Below are positions 54,129-64,000 of a stretch of 64,000 nt of DNA, piece by piece (within the stretch, counting starts at the first letter, position 1; every line of letters begins with the position of its first letter). The stretch comes from Bdellovibrionales bacterium. Its GTDB lineage: Bacteria > Bdellovibrionota > Bdellovibrionia > Bdellovibrionales > JAUICD01. The notes beneath the pieces were generated by a model. That model was given only the letters and a program-made list of their open reading frames with translations, searched no databases and had not been told where the DNA came from. Location: NCBI GenBank assembly GCA_965203275.1, contig OZ241865.1, positions 2,240,001 to 2,304,000 on the forward strand. Reading direction: 5' to 3'. The position numbers were made by a program, and so were the translations under genes.

Positions 54129-54806
54129 ATGAACCTTATAAATGTAAACATGATCACGGCATGCTTATTGAGTATGTTATTTAGTGTATTTGCTTTAGCA
54201 AACGAACCTTGTGGTGAAGGTGTTGAAGGCCGTTACCATCATGATGGTGGTGGGTTTGTAGCAAATACAGCTTGGGTAGATGATACAGCTTATGTAGGAC
54301 GGCTTGCTGCTGTTTGTAATTATGCTACAGTCTCTGGCTATGCTGAAATATCTGGCTATGCTATCGTATCCGACAATGCTGAGGTTTCTGACTATGCTTT
54401 GATCGATGGCAATGCTATGGTCTCTGACTATGCTAAAATATCTGGCAATGCTGTAGTCACTGATCGTGCTAAGGTCTCTGGTGATGCTCAGATCTCTGGC
54501 CATGCTAAGATCTCTGGCGACGCTCAGATCTCTGACTATGCTAAAATATTTGACAATGCTGATATCTCTGATGATGCTATGGTCTATGACGATGCTAGAG
54601 TCTTTGGTAATGCTATGGTCTATGGCATTGCTAAGATCTATGGCAGGGCTATGGTTTTTGAAAATGCTAGGATCTCTGGTCATGCTATGGTTTTAAGTGG
54701 AGGTATAGTCTGTGGTAATACTACGGTTAAATCTACACCTGTGAGACGGCATCTAGGTAGATGTGGGCAGGGATTAGATGGATATTTAGATGGTCTTAGG
54801 CATTAA
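54129..54806 (+). CDS. Secreted hexapeptide-repeat (left-handed beta-helix) protein
   Basis: Signal peptide; about 24 units of A-x-(V/I)-x-(G/D)-x. Confidence 0.85.
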   Translation: MNLINVNMITACLLSMLFSVFALANEPCGEGVEGRYHHDGGGFVANTAWVDDTAYVGRLAAVCNYATVSGYAEISGYAIVSDNAEVSDYALIDGNAMVSDYAKISGNAVVTDRAKVSGDAQISGHAKISGDAQISDYAKIFDNADISDDAMVYDDARVFGNAMVYGIAKIYGRAMVFENARISGHAMVLSGGIVCGNTTVKSTPVRRHLGRCGQGLDGYLDGLRH

Positions 54807-55215
54807 GTTTATACATATAAGACAGTATCTAGGTAGATACCTAAGGTTAGATTCCATATCCTAAGTCCTAGGGTAGGCAGGCAGAATTTGGCAATGAGGC
54901 AAATGCTCCTTTTTCACCGCCTATCGTTTTTTTATTCTACCTTAATTCTTTCATCCTTTGTAAGATACTTCTCATTAAATAATAAAGATGCTAAAACACC
55001 CTTCAATGTTCCCCTGGCGTTTAAATGATTTTTATCTTTTTTCAAAAATATGTGCTATCGCGTTAATATCTTTCATAACTATCTGAAATTACAATGTAAT
55101 TTTATTTCTGTATGGGCAGTGAAGGCTAAAGGCAGTAAGATTTAAGGTAAATAAAAAGCTAAGTAAAATCTAAAGGCGATAAAGTTAATAGCAATGAAAG
55201 CTAAGGTAAATAATC

Positions 55216-55662
55216 TTAAGGTATGAGATGAATAACTAGTTGTGAAATGATATTTGTGATCAGTCCAGCGACAACATCATCTAAAACGATGCCCATGCCA
55301 CCCTTGATATTTTTATCTATATAATTAATAGGGAAAGGCTTTATGCCATCAAAAAGTCGAAACAGCACAAAAACAAATAAAATCCAATGCCACTGAAAAG
55401 GCATGCCTGCAAAAGCCACCAAATATCCTACCACCTCATCAATCACAATGGTTTTGCTATCATCTTCTGCTAACGTTCCATCATGTAACTCAGAGATCAG
55501 TATAGCTAATGAAATAAACATCATAGTAGCCGCCAAATAAGTGATCGTCCCCTCCAGAAGTAACAAACAATAAGACAAGGGAATACCTAAAAGTGTACCA
55601 AAAGTTCCAGGAAATTTTGGCATATAACCTATGTAAAAACCTGTTGCTAAAAATTTAATCAT
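55216..55662 (-). CDS. pgpA: Phosphatidylglycerophosphatase A
   Basis: PGTFGT, IVIDEVVG, FRLFD..KPFPI, DDVVAG. Confidence 0.95.
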   Translation of the reverse strand: MIKFLATGFYIGYMPKFPGTFGTLLGIPLSYCLLLLEGTITYLAATMMFISLAILISELHDGTLAEDDSKTIVIDEVVGYLVAFAGMPFQWHWILFVFVLFRLFDGIKPFPINYIDKNIKGGMGIVLDDVVAGLITNIISQLVIHLIP

Positions 55663-56046
55663 ATCAATACCATTTCACTTGTATCATAGCTTAAACTTAA
55701 AAAAATAAACTCAATTAAAAAAAAGTCATGCCTCATCTCACAGATAGCTGTTTGATTTTGCTACTTTCTAATAGCTCTAGCATAATTTCTTTTTTTGATG
55801 AATAACATTGATCATTCGTAGATCATATCACCTTATATGCTAACCCTACATAGATTTATTTTTCAACTATTTTATTTTGTCTATCTTGTCTATCTTAAAA
55901 TCTATTTTAAAAACTTCAATCTATTGACAGATCAGTTAAAATGTAAGATACTAAAATGGCAAGTATTCAAATATACTTGCATTTTAAAAGTGGTTTGACC
56001 AGCCACCTGCAAACTAAAAAAAACCATTATTAAAAAGGTTTTTACA

Positions 56047-59000
56047 ATGAAGGCAATGACCAGTCAAGAAATAGAAAACAAATTTGTTGAATTTTTTGAA
56101 AACAAAGGACACAAGCATGTAAGTAGCTCCTCTTTGATCCCAGAAGGCAAAGACTTGCTGTTTACCAATGCAGGGATGAATCAATTTAAAGATATCTTTT
56201 TAGGTTTAAAGATACCTTCCTACAAAAGAGCTGTCACAGTCCAAAAATGCTTTCGAGCCAATGACCTGGACAATGTTGGCAAGACCCCTCGTCATCATAC
56301 CTTCTTTAAAATGTTGGGTAATTTTTCCTTTGGTGATTATTTTAAAAAGGAAGCTATCGAATGGGCATGGGAATTTTTAACTCATCCCGATTGGCTTGGT
56401 ATTGATAAAAGCCGATTTTATGTGACTGTTTTTGACACTGATGATGAAGCCCTTTGGGAGCAAATTTGGCAAAAAGACAAAGAGGCTATCAAACGAAACA
56501 AATATGCATTTATTAAAAAAGATAAAGATAACTTTTGGGAGATGGGATCGGTTGGCCCTTGCGGACCTTGCAGTGAGATTTTTTATAGTTATGGAGATCA
56601 CGACTCTCAGAGTCAAGACTCTCAGAGTCAAGATGTAGAAATTTGGAATTTGGTTTTTACTCAATCTGACCGGCAAAAAGATGGCTCTTTAAAAAAGCTT
56701 AAAGGTGGGCCTTTTATAGATACAGGGGCCGGATTAGAAAGACTAACAGCAGTGATGCAAGGGGTGGAAAGCAATTTTGAGACTGATATTTTTATGGATC
56801 TCTTTGGCTATTTGTTAGAGGAAAAGGTCATTGTAGCTACAATAAGAGCTTGGAGAAAAGGTATACAACAACCAAAGAATGAATCAGAAGCAAAAATACA
56901 AGATGAAAATATTAGACAAGTTTTTGATACTTTCCTTAAGGATTTATCTGATCATTTACAATTAGAGAGTGTCCCTAAAATGTCTGAAGATAGTCTTTCC
57001 AGATGGTTCTTTATGGATTATATTGGAGAATTTCAAAATATATTTGAAGGAATTCTTAAAAAACTAAATACACCTAATCAAAGAAAGGCTTTAATTAATT
57101 TTTTATGTGAATATCTTCAAAAAGACAGAACTCTTAGAGAAGATACAAAAAACTATAAACAAAATTTACTAAAACAAACAATAAATGAAGATCAGAAAAA
57201 ACAAAACCGTATTGCCCTTTTAAAAATAGCAGATCATGCCAGAGCTATAGCCTGTCTTTTAACAGATGGGGTGACTTTTCCAGATGAAGGACGTGGTTAC
57301 GTGGCAAGAGATATTTTTAAAAGAATGTGCAAATGTTTAGAGAAAATAGGTATCAGTATAATTGCTTCAACCCGTTATTATATGCCAAAGTTGCCAGCTT
57401 CCTTAGAGCGTAATTATTATACTCCCTGTTTTCTAGTCAACTATTTTATAAAACCAATAGATATTTCTTCATCATCTGAAGAAAAAAAACAATATCGTTT
57501 TATTATGGATTCAATAGTTAATGAAACTATTCGGCATGCAAATAAAGATGAAATGAAAGAAAGAGATCATCAAATATACAGCAATCGAGAGAAAATAAAA
57601 GATAAAATAAAAGAAATAAAACAAAGTGAAGAAAAAATTAAAAAATTAAAAAAAGAAATAGAAGAAAAGAAAAAAGCACTTCAAAAAACAAGCAGTCAAA
57701 AAAATAAAGATGACAGTGTGTTAATCACAGAAGAAGAAATAAAAAAGACAATTAAACAAAATAAAGATGAAATTGAAAAAGAAGAACAAAAGATAAAAAC
57801 AAATGCAGGGCCAATTCAAAAAGTAGAAAAAGAAATAGAAGAAAAGGAAAAAGAACAAACAGAGGACTTAAAAGAAGCTAAAGACGAAAAAATACAAAAA
57901 AAAGAAAATATATTCCATAAAGAGTTTGAAAAAGCATTTCAAAATCAAATACCATCACCGGAAGCACTTGGAGCATTTGCCTTTAAAATCTTTGAAACTT
58001 ATGGCATCTCTAAAGAGGGTATAAAACAGCTACTTCAAAAAAGAGATATTCAATTGAATGAAGATTTTGATAAAAGCTTCAAAGATGCAATGGAAAAAGT
58101 AAAAAAAGCAAGCTCACAAGAATATATAACTTCACAGGAAGAACATCTTAAAAAACTATGTAGACAAGCAAAAGCTAGTCTTTGTCTTTTCACCCAAAAA
58201 CATCTTGAAAAACTATGTGAAAAAATAAAAGCTAGTCTTTCCATCCAAGAACATTTTGTGGGGTATGATACTTTATCAACTCAAACACAAATTTTAAAAT
58301 TATCTGATGGCCAGCAAGAAGTTCAGCAACTACCAGCAGGGCAAAAAGGGTTTGCCTTCTTTAAACAAACACCCTTTTACGCTGAATCTGGTGAACAAAT
58401 GGCAGATCAAGGGGCAGTTAAGAACTTATCACAAGAAACTCTAGCTCAAATAACAGATTGTCAAAAATATGAGAATATTCATTATCACAAAATCCAAATC
58501 AAAAATAACATCCTCAGAGTCAACGACAAAGTTATATTACAGGTCGATTCTGAAAGACGTGCAGAAACTAAAAAGCATCACACAGCTAGTCTTTCCATTC
58601 AAAAATATTTTGTAGAACATTTTGTAGGGTATGATCAGCTATCAGCTGAAACACAAATTTTAAAATTATCTGATGGCCAGCAAGAAGTTCAGAAGTTGCC
58701 AGCAGGGCAGGAAGGCTATGCCATCTTTAAACAAACACCCTTCTACGCTGAGTCTGGCGGACAAATTGCAGATCAAGGGGAAGTTAAGAACTTATCACAA
58801 GAAACTCTAGCTCAAATAATAGATTGCCAAAAGTATGAGGATATTCATTATCACAAAATCCAAATTCAAAATAACATCCTCAAAGTCAATGACAAAGTCA
58901 TATTACAAGTCCACCCTGAAAGACGAGCAGAGACTAAAAAACATCACACAGCTACTCACCTCCTCCATGCAGCTTTAAAAGAGAAATTAGGAGATCTTGT

Positions 59001-59817
59001 CACACAGCGTGGTTCATTGGTTGCAGAGGATCATCTTCGCTTTGACTTCACTCATTCAAAGCCAGTCACCCCTCAAGAAATATCTCAAATAGAAAAACTG
59101 ATCAACAATCAAATTGCACAAGCCCTGCCTGTAACGACCACTATTGAAAAAGTAGAGGACGCAAAAGCCAAAGGGGCAGTGGCTTTTTTTGCTGAAAAAT
59201 ATCCTGAAAAGGTACGCGTATTATCGATTGGTCACAACAAAGAATCCATAGAGCTTTGCGGTGGCACACATGTTAAGAACACCAGTGAAATTCAAGCCTT
59301 TGTCATTACACTAGAAGAGAGCATCAAAGGAGGTATTCGTCGGATCAAAGCCCTAGCAGGTCAATCAGCTATCAAGTATCTTTTAGAGCAGAGCAAAAAA
59401 CTCACAGTAGCTCAACAAGAAGCTCAAACAAAAAAGCTGACTGAATGGATTCGGCAGAGTCAACAAAACAACAAAGCTCTTAATAAACAAGTACAAAAAC
59501 TCACAGTAGCTCAAATCGATATTGACGCACTTGTTGCTGGGGCTACTGCAATAGAAGGCGGTCAACAAGTCAAAGCCATTTTAGAGATTAGTGATCGAGA
59601 GGCTTTAAGGCAGATCACCGATCGCATTAAAAATAAATTGGATGCAGGGATTGTGATTGTGATGGGGCAGGGTGAAAAGGGACCTTTGATGGTGGCAGTA
59701 ACTCAAAACTTAAAAGACAAATACAATGCTGTCATAGAGCTTAAAAAATACGGACAGGGAGGTGGTCGCCCTGATTTTGCTCAAGGCTTTCACTCCGTTT
59801 CTTTTCACTCAAAATAG
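56047..59817 (+). CDS. alaS: Alanine--tRNA ligase, enlarged by insertions and duplications
   Basis: FTNAGM, RHHTFF, GPCGPCSE, DTGAGLER, HTATHLLH, ELCGGTH, GGGRPDFAQ. Confidence 0.95.
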   Translation: MKAMTSQEIENKFVEFFENKGHKHVSSSSLIPEGKDLLFTNAGMNQFKDIFLGLKIPSYKRAVTVQKCFRANDLDNVGKTPRHHTFFKMLGNFSFGDYFKKEAIEWAWEFLTHPDWLGIDKSRFYVTVFDTDDEALWEQIWQKDKEAIKRNKYAFIKKDKDNFWEMGSVGPCGPCSEIFYSYGDHDSQSQDSQSQDVEIWNLVFTQSDRQKDGSLKKLKGGPFIDTGAGLERLTAVMQGVESNFETDIFMDLFGYLLEEKVIVATIRAWRKGIQQPKNESEAKIQDENIRQVFDTFLKDLSDHLQLESVPKMSEDSLSRWFFMDYIGEFQNIFEGILKKLNTPNQRKALINFLCEYLQKDRTLREDTKNYKQNLLKQTINEDQKKQNRIALLKIADHARAIACLLTDGVTFPDEGRGYVARDIFKRMCKCLEKIGISIIASTRYYMPKLPASLERNYYTPCFLVNYFIKPIDISSSSEEKKQYRFIMDSIVNETIRHANKDEMKERDHQIYSNREKIKDKIKEIKQSEEKIKKLKKEIEEKKKALQKTSSQKNKDDSVLITEEEIKKTIKQNKDEIEKEEQKIKTNAGPIQKVEKEIEEKEKEQTEDLKEAKDEKIQKKENIFHKEFEKAFQNQIPSPEALGAFAFKIFETYGISKEGIKQLLQKRDIQLNEDFDKSFKDAMEKVKKASSQEYITSQEEHLKKLCRQAKASLCLFTQKHLEKLCEKIKASLSIQEHFVGYDTLSTQTQILKLSDGQQEVQQLPAGQKGFAFFKQTPFYAESGEQMADQGAVKNLSQETLAQITDCQKYENIHYHKIQIKNNILRVNDKVILQVDSERRAETKKHHTASLSIQKYFVEHFVGYDQLSAETQILKLSDGQQEVQKLPAGQEGYAIFKQTPFYAESGGQIADQGEVKNLSQETLAQIIDCQKYEDIHYHKIQIQNNILKVNDKVILQVHPERRAETKKHHTATHLLHAALKEKLGDLVTQRGSLVAEDHLRFDFTHSKPVTPQEISQIEKLINNQIAQALPVTTTIEKVEDAKAKGAVAFFAEKYPEKVRVLSIGHNKESIELCGGTHVKNTSEIQAFVITLEESIKGGIRRIKALAGQSAIKYLLEQSKKLTVAQQEAQTKKLTEWIRQSQQNNKALNKQVQKLTVAQIDIDALVAGATAIEGGQQVKAILEISDREALRQITDRIKNKLDAGIVIVMGQGEKGPLMVAVTQNLKDKYNAVIELKKYGQGGGRPDFAQGFHSVSFHSK

Positions 59818-60650
59818 TCTAGCCGTCTTTTGCACTAAAAGTAAACTGACCTCTGGTCACTTTTGGATAGCCAGCCCGACGGCTTTCGCCGTCGATCAAA
59901 GGCTGGCTACCTCAAAAGTCCGTTTACTTTTAGTAGGGAGGATCTCATCGTTTTTTGACATGATGTTAAGGAAAAGTTCCTTCTTACATCTTTTGCCTGC
60001 AAAGGCTTTCGCCTTTGACAAAATGGTCATTGCCTCAAAAGCCTGACCACTTTTAGTAGGAAGGATCCTTTCCTCTTTTAACATCATGTTAAGGAAACAA
60101 AATGCTTTCAAAATTATATTAAAAGAGCAATGCCTCAAAAGTCCGTTTACTTTTAGTAGGGAGGATCTCTTCGTTTTTTAACACGATGTTAAGGAAACAA
60201 GAAGTTCGTTTCTCTGGATTTCTTTGGAAAGGTAAGGAATTTAGGTTTGGAAATTAGATTTTCAGTGATTTCAGCTATTTTGGTTCACTAAAAGTAAACT
60301 AGCCTCTGTTTCACTAAAAGTAAACCAACCTCTGGTTGCTTTTGGACAGTTAGCCCGACGGCTCTCGCCGTCGATCAAAGGCTAACTGTCTCAAAAGTCC
60401 GTTTACTTTTAGTAGGGGAGGATCCTCTCGTCTCTTGACCACATGTTAAGGAAAAAGTTCCTTCTTACACCTTGAGTGTTGCCTGCAACGGCTTTCGCCG
60501 TTGACAAAATAGGCAACATCTAAAAAATCTGCTCATTTTGAGTAGGGAGGATCTCTTCGTTTTTTAACACGATGTTAAGGAAACAAGATGTTTGCTTCAC
60601 GTTGGCAAAATGGTCATTGCCTCAAAAATTTATGCATTTTGAGTGAAACA
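59803..60650 (-). repeat. Large cluster of dispersed structured elements overlapping the alaS stop
   Basis: Full copies at about 59830..59973 and 60310..60453, plus several partial copies. Confidence 0.9.
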
Positions 60651-60844
60651 ACAATCGAAGGGCGGTGGGTGGGGTTAGGGAATTAGCTGTCAAATTCAAG
60701 ACTTAATGAGAATTGATCTTTAAGATAGTTCTTGATCATTATCTCTTAAGCTTGTAAGCCAATGCTTTGTTTTAATGTTGATAACCGATAATAAACCACA
60801 TATTCTTTGATATTATCCAAACTCAAGCTCCCACATTATGGATA

Positions 60845-61303
60845 TTAAGGCTTATTTTCTAAAAAATAATCCCAGTTTTCTTTATACTTTTCAAGACTCG
60901 ATAAACTCTTGTTTTCCGGCCACTCGTTTATGTCTTCAACCGGAATTATATAACAATCTCCATTATTGCTATTTACACCAAAGATAATATCACAATCTCT
61001 TTTTGTGTATTTGTACTTTTTACTTTTTGCCTTCCTATCAATTTGTGTTCCTGATCTGCTACCACCCGTAAAATTCAAAATGCCAGTTGAAGTACCTTTT
61101 ATCTGTATTCTTAAAAGTTTTGTCTTCTTACCAGAAATATCTATAATTGCATCATACCTGGCATTTGTTATATCAACCTTAGAACATGCAAAACCTGCCT
61201 TGATCATCCGGCCTATAGCAATAAACTCGTCTGAATTGCCGTTTATAGTTCTAAATTTACCCTTATCTATATTAGTTATGTTCTTTTTCCACTTGTCAGG
61301 CAT
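60845..61303 (-). CDS. Small PD-(D/E)XK nuclease, probable type II restriction endonuclease
   Basis: E..A, RYD..ID and RIQIK motifs; overlaps the MTase stop. Confidence 0.75.
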   Translation of the reverse strand: MPDKWKKNITNIDKGKFRTINGNSDEFIAIGRMIKAGFACSKVDITNARYDAIIDISGKKTKLLRIQIKGTSTGILNFTGGSRSGTQIDRKAKSKKYKYTKRDCDIIFGVNSNNGDCYIIPVEDINEWPENKSLSSLEKYKENWDYFLENKP

Positions 61304-62286
61304 TCCTTTATTTCCTTTGCTATTTGGAAAACGACAGGAACAGACACACTATTACCTATCTGTTTATATAAATGTGAGTTGGCTATATCAGGTAAGAGAA
61401 AGTCATCAGGGAAACCCTGAAACCTTGCACACTCTCTAGGAGTTAGCTTTCTGATACCATATTTATCTTTTATGAGAGGAACGTTGTGGCCTCCCGTACC
61501 CATATTGGCCGTTAGTGTTGGACAAACGTCCGACTTATTTTCTCTTACATAGGTCCGCCTCCATTGATAAAGAATATTCGGATTTTTTATGTCTTGTTTT
61601 AGTCTTTTGTGAATAGAAAATCTGTGATAATAAAAAGACTCATCCTGTTTATTAGCTAACAAAATATCTTTTATTTTTCTTTTTAGCTTTATAGGTTGAG
61701 GGAATTTAAAGCACGATTGATGTAAAAACCCGACAATATAAATACGTTCTCTTGTTTGTGGAATATTGCCATAATCTTTTGTATTCATTATTTTATAATC
61801 AACACTGTATCCAAGGGTTTTTATGTTCTCTAACATTTGCCTTAAAATTCTTCCTTTATCTAAAGAAGCAAGCCCTTTCACATTTTCTAAAAGAAAACCA
61901 TCTGGCCTTTTTTCTTTTAATATTCTTTGTATTTCAAAAAACAAACATCCTCTTTTATCTTTTAACCCTCTTTTTTCGCCGGCATAACTGAAAGGCTGAC
62001 AGGGAAACCCGGCAAGTAAAATATTATGATCTGGTATGTCTTTAGATGGTATCTTTGTTATGTCACCGCTTGGACTTTCTTTGAAGTTAGCTTTATACGT
62101 CAGTCTAGCCTTTTTATCTATCTCACTGGAAAAAACACACTGACCACCGGCCGCTTCAAATGCTAGTCGCAAACCACCGATACCTGCGAAAAGATCAATA
62201 AACTTTAGCTTATCAGAATGAATATCTGGAGGTCCCATTTTTATACCGGATTTCCTTTTTGTTTTTATTGGATCTTTTTTGGTCAA
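61276..62286 (-). CDS. C5-cytosine DNA methyltransferase
   Basis: DLFAGIGG, GFPCQPFS, ENVKG, PQTRER, QGFP, YKQIGNSV. Confidence 0.96.
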   Translation of the reverse strand: MTKKDPIKTKRKSGIKMGPPDIHSDKLKFIDLFAGIGGLRLAFEAAGGQCVFSSEIDKKARLTYKANFKESPSGDITKIPSKDIPDHNILLAGFPCQPFSYAGEKRGLKDKRGCLFFEIQRILKEKRPDGFLLENVKGLASLDKGRILRQMLENIKTLGYSVDYKIMNTKDYGNIPQTRERIYIVGFLHQSCFKFPQPIKLKRKIKDILLANKQDESFYYHRFSIHKRLKQDIKNPNILYQWRRTYVRENKSDVCPTLTANMGTGGHNVPLIKDKYGIRKLTPRECARFQGFPDDFLLPDIANSHLYKQIGNSVSVPVVFQIAKEIKECLTSGKRT

Positions 62287-62589
62287 TATTATTAAACTAC
62301 TATCTATTTCTATATTTTATCAAGAGATTTTTTTATTTTTTTTTCTTTCTCTTAAAAATCAAGTCCCTTGTGTGTGTGGGGAGGGGGGTCTAACACTTGC
62401 GAGGTCTTAACAAAAAAATATTTGAGTTTTTTGTGATGGTTATTGGCTTACAAGCAGTTGAGCTTAAAAAATGCTATTTGCCTAAAAAAAACAAAAGGGC
62501 TACTAGGCCCTTTTGTTAAAAAAACATAGGGACTTTAGCAATAGTCCCTATGCTCATCATACTTAAACTTTAAAATTAAAGGATTATGT

Positions 62590-63285
62590 TTATTTATTTA
62601 AGCCATCTTGTGTGTTTGATACCTTCTTACCTTGATCAATTATCCATCCATCGTGATCAGTAGCAGTCGGTGAAGCCTTTAAACCAAGATAACCAACAGC
62701 TCCCACAGTGAAAGATATTTGAGTTCCACCATCTGCTATTTCTAAACCATTAGAATCGTAAGTACCACTACAAGTGCTTGTTCCTGCAGTCCAAGTGCAA
62801 GAGTTTCTTGGAGTATTAACCGCGGTTTTACATGTTGCCGCAGTGCTAGGCCCTTCACAATCTAACTTTCCTTTAAAAGCATCATTGGTATTTGTAATCG
62901 TAGCAAGCCAATCAGCACCAACGTTTGGAGTACCAGGGTTCGCTGATCTTGTCGGACCTCTATACCCATCAGGCAAATCAGCACTGGCCGCATCTTTACT
63001 ATCAGAAGTTCTAGCCTGAAAACCAACAGAATAGACTGGAGAATCTCCCTCTAAAGCAAAACCTAACTGGGCCATATCAGACGAAGCAAATCTCCATTCT
63101 GTTATGAATGACTTCTCAGCTACGTACAGACCACTTAATGCTGTTTTAGCCTCTGTTTGCATTGCTCGCTTTTGAAAACGACCATATTGTGGTATAGCAA
63201 TGGCGGCCAGTAGACCAATAATAGCCACGACGACCATTAGCTCGATTAAACTAAAACCTTTTTGATTCTTAATTAAACGTTCCAT
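62590..63285 (-). CDS. pilA: Major type IV pilin, cassette 2
   Basis: Same RBS and leader [24 protein letters not shown] as cassette 1; divergent C-terminus. Confidence 0.85.
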   Translation of the reverse strand: MERLIKNQKGFSLIELMVVVAIIGLLAAIAIPQYGRFQKRAMQTEAKTALSGLYVAEKSFITEWRFASSDMAQLGFALEGDSPVYSVGFQARTSDSKDAASADLPDGYRGPTRSANPGTPNVGADWLATITNTNDAFKGKLDCEGPSTAATCKTAVNTPRNSCTWTAGTSTCSGTYDSNGLEIADGGTQISFTVGAVGYLGLKASPTATDHDGWIIDQGKKVSNTQDGLNK

Positions 63286-63403
63286 AATAACCTCCACGGT
63301 TTAAAATAATTCAATTCAATGGACAAGCATTTTTTACTTGCCCTTCTTTACTCTTTAGTTAGGCTTGTTTGTATCTCCCAGATGCTTATTCCACCTAATC
63401 TTT

Positions 63404-63740
63404 TTCACTCAAAATGAACTGACCTCTGGTCACTTTTGGACAATGACCGCAAAGCCTTTCGCCTTTGACAAAATGGTCATTGTCTCAAAAGCCTGTTCAT
63501 TTTGAGTAGGGCGAATCTCCTTGCTTCTTACACCATGTTAAGGAAAATTTTCTTTCATTGCCTTAAAGGCAAGCATTTTGCAAATGAAACTCTTTTTCCC
63601 TAACATCCTGTCAAAAAATGAGGAGATCCTCCCTACTAAAAGTGGTCAAGCTTTCTAGGCGATGACCATTTTATCGACGGCGAGAGCCGTCGTGGTCATC
63701 GCCAGAAAGTAGCCAGAGGCTAGACCACTTTTAGTGAAAC
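63404..63740. repeat. Two divergent dispersed structured elements upstream of pilin
   Basis: Reverse copy at 63405..63545 and forward copy at 63596..63738. Confidence 0.9.
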
Positions 63741-63743
63741 AAA

Positions 63744-64000
63744 CCTAAACGACCTAGTGATTTCAATGACTTAGCACTGTAACTTTTGTATAAAAGTCAC
63801 AATTTGAAAGAGTAAAAAACAGACAAATTTTTGCAAGAAAATTGTTTTGAAAAATAAAACAAAGCAGAAGTTATAAAACACCAATGAAAAATCATTGCTC
63901 ATTTTACTGATCTTATGTTTTTAAGATTGGTCAAGTGTTTCAAGATGATACAAAAATTCAAAAAAGTGATTCTTTTTGATACAAAATGTCATTTTTTTTG
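63744..64000. promoter_or_regulatory. Second copy of the pilin upstream regulatory region
   Basis: Highly similar to 25344..25600, including the palindrome and IHF-like site. Confidence 0.8.

Noticed and set aside
55950..56040. T-box or riboswitch upstream of alaS
   Set aside because: Hairpins are present, but there is no recognisable T-box antiterminator motif and the leader is short.
21447..60138. Short ORFs inside dispersed elements (21447, 25953, 28480, 53773, 59762, 59896)
   Set aside because: They are translations of the repeat in inconsistent frames and strands; variation preserves pairing rather than codons.

Overview
AT-rich bacterial chromosome segment. The gene complement (several type IV pilins, PpsR, IcmF, ankyrin and Cys-rich lipoproteins) suggests a Bdellovibrionota-like, possibly host-associated organism (inference only). 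Housekeeping blocks (yajC-secD-secF-queC, ddl, comM, MFS-polA, sucD, icmF, pgpA, alaS) alternate with accessory DNA. The centrepiece is an atypical type II-B CRISPR-Cas locus (about 26.4-38.4 kb). It has a 24-repeat array, cas4, cas2 and a frameshifted cas1. Its FnCas9-like cas9 carries an in-frame internal deletion removing RuvC-II and the HNH catalytic core, and ends in a divergent PAM-interacting (PI) domain. The locus also holds a separate stand-alone Cas9 WED/PI-domain ORF, two different tracrRNA scaffolds (one duplicated), and an inserted cassette (repeat protein, HAD hydrolase, orphan antitoxin). The window also carries at least a dozen full copies of a ~142-bp dispersed element with extensive base-pair covariation, a 23 x 41-bp tandem array abutting a Fic-wHTH gene, duplicated pilin cassettes, an alaS with internal duplications, RM genes and an IS256. 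Comparisons to FnCas9 and other reference families are from memory and need confirming by alignment.
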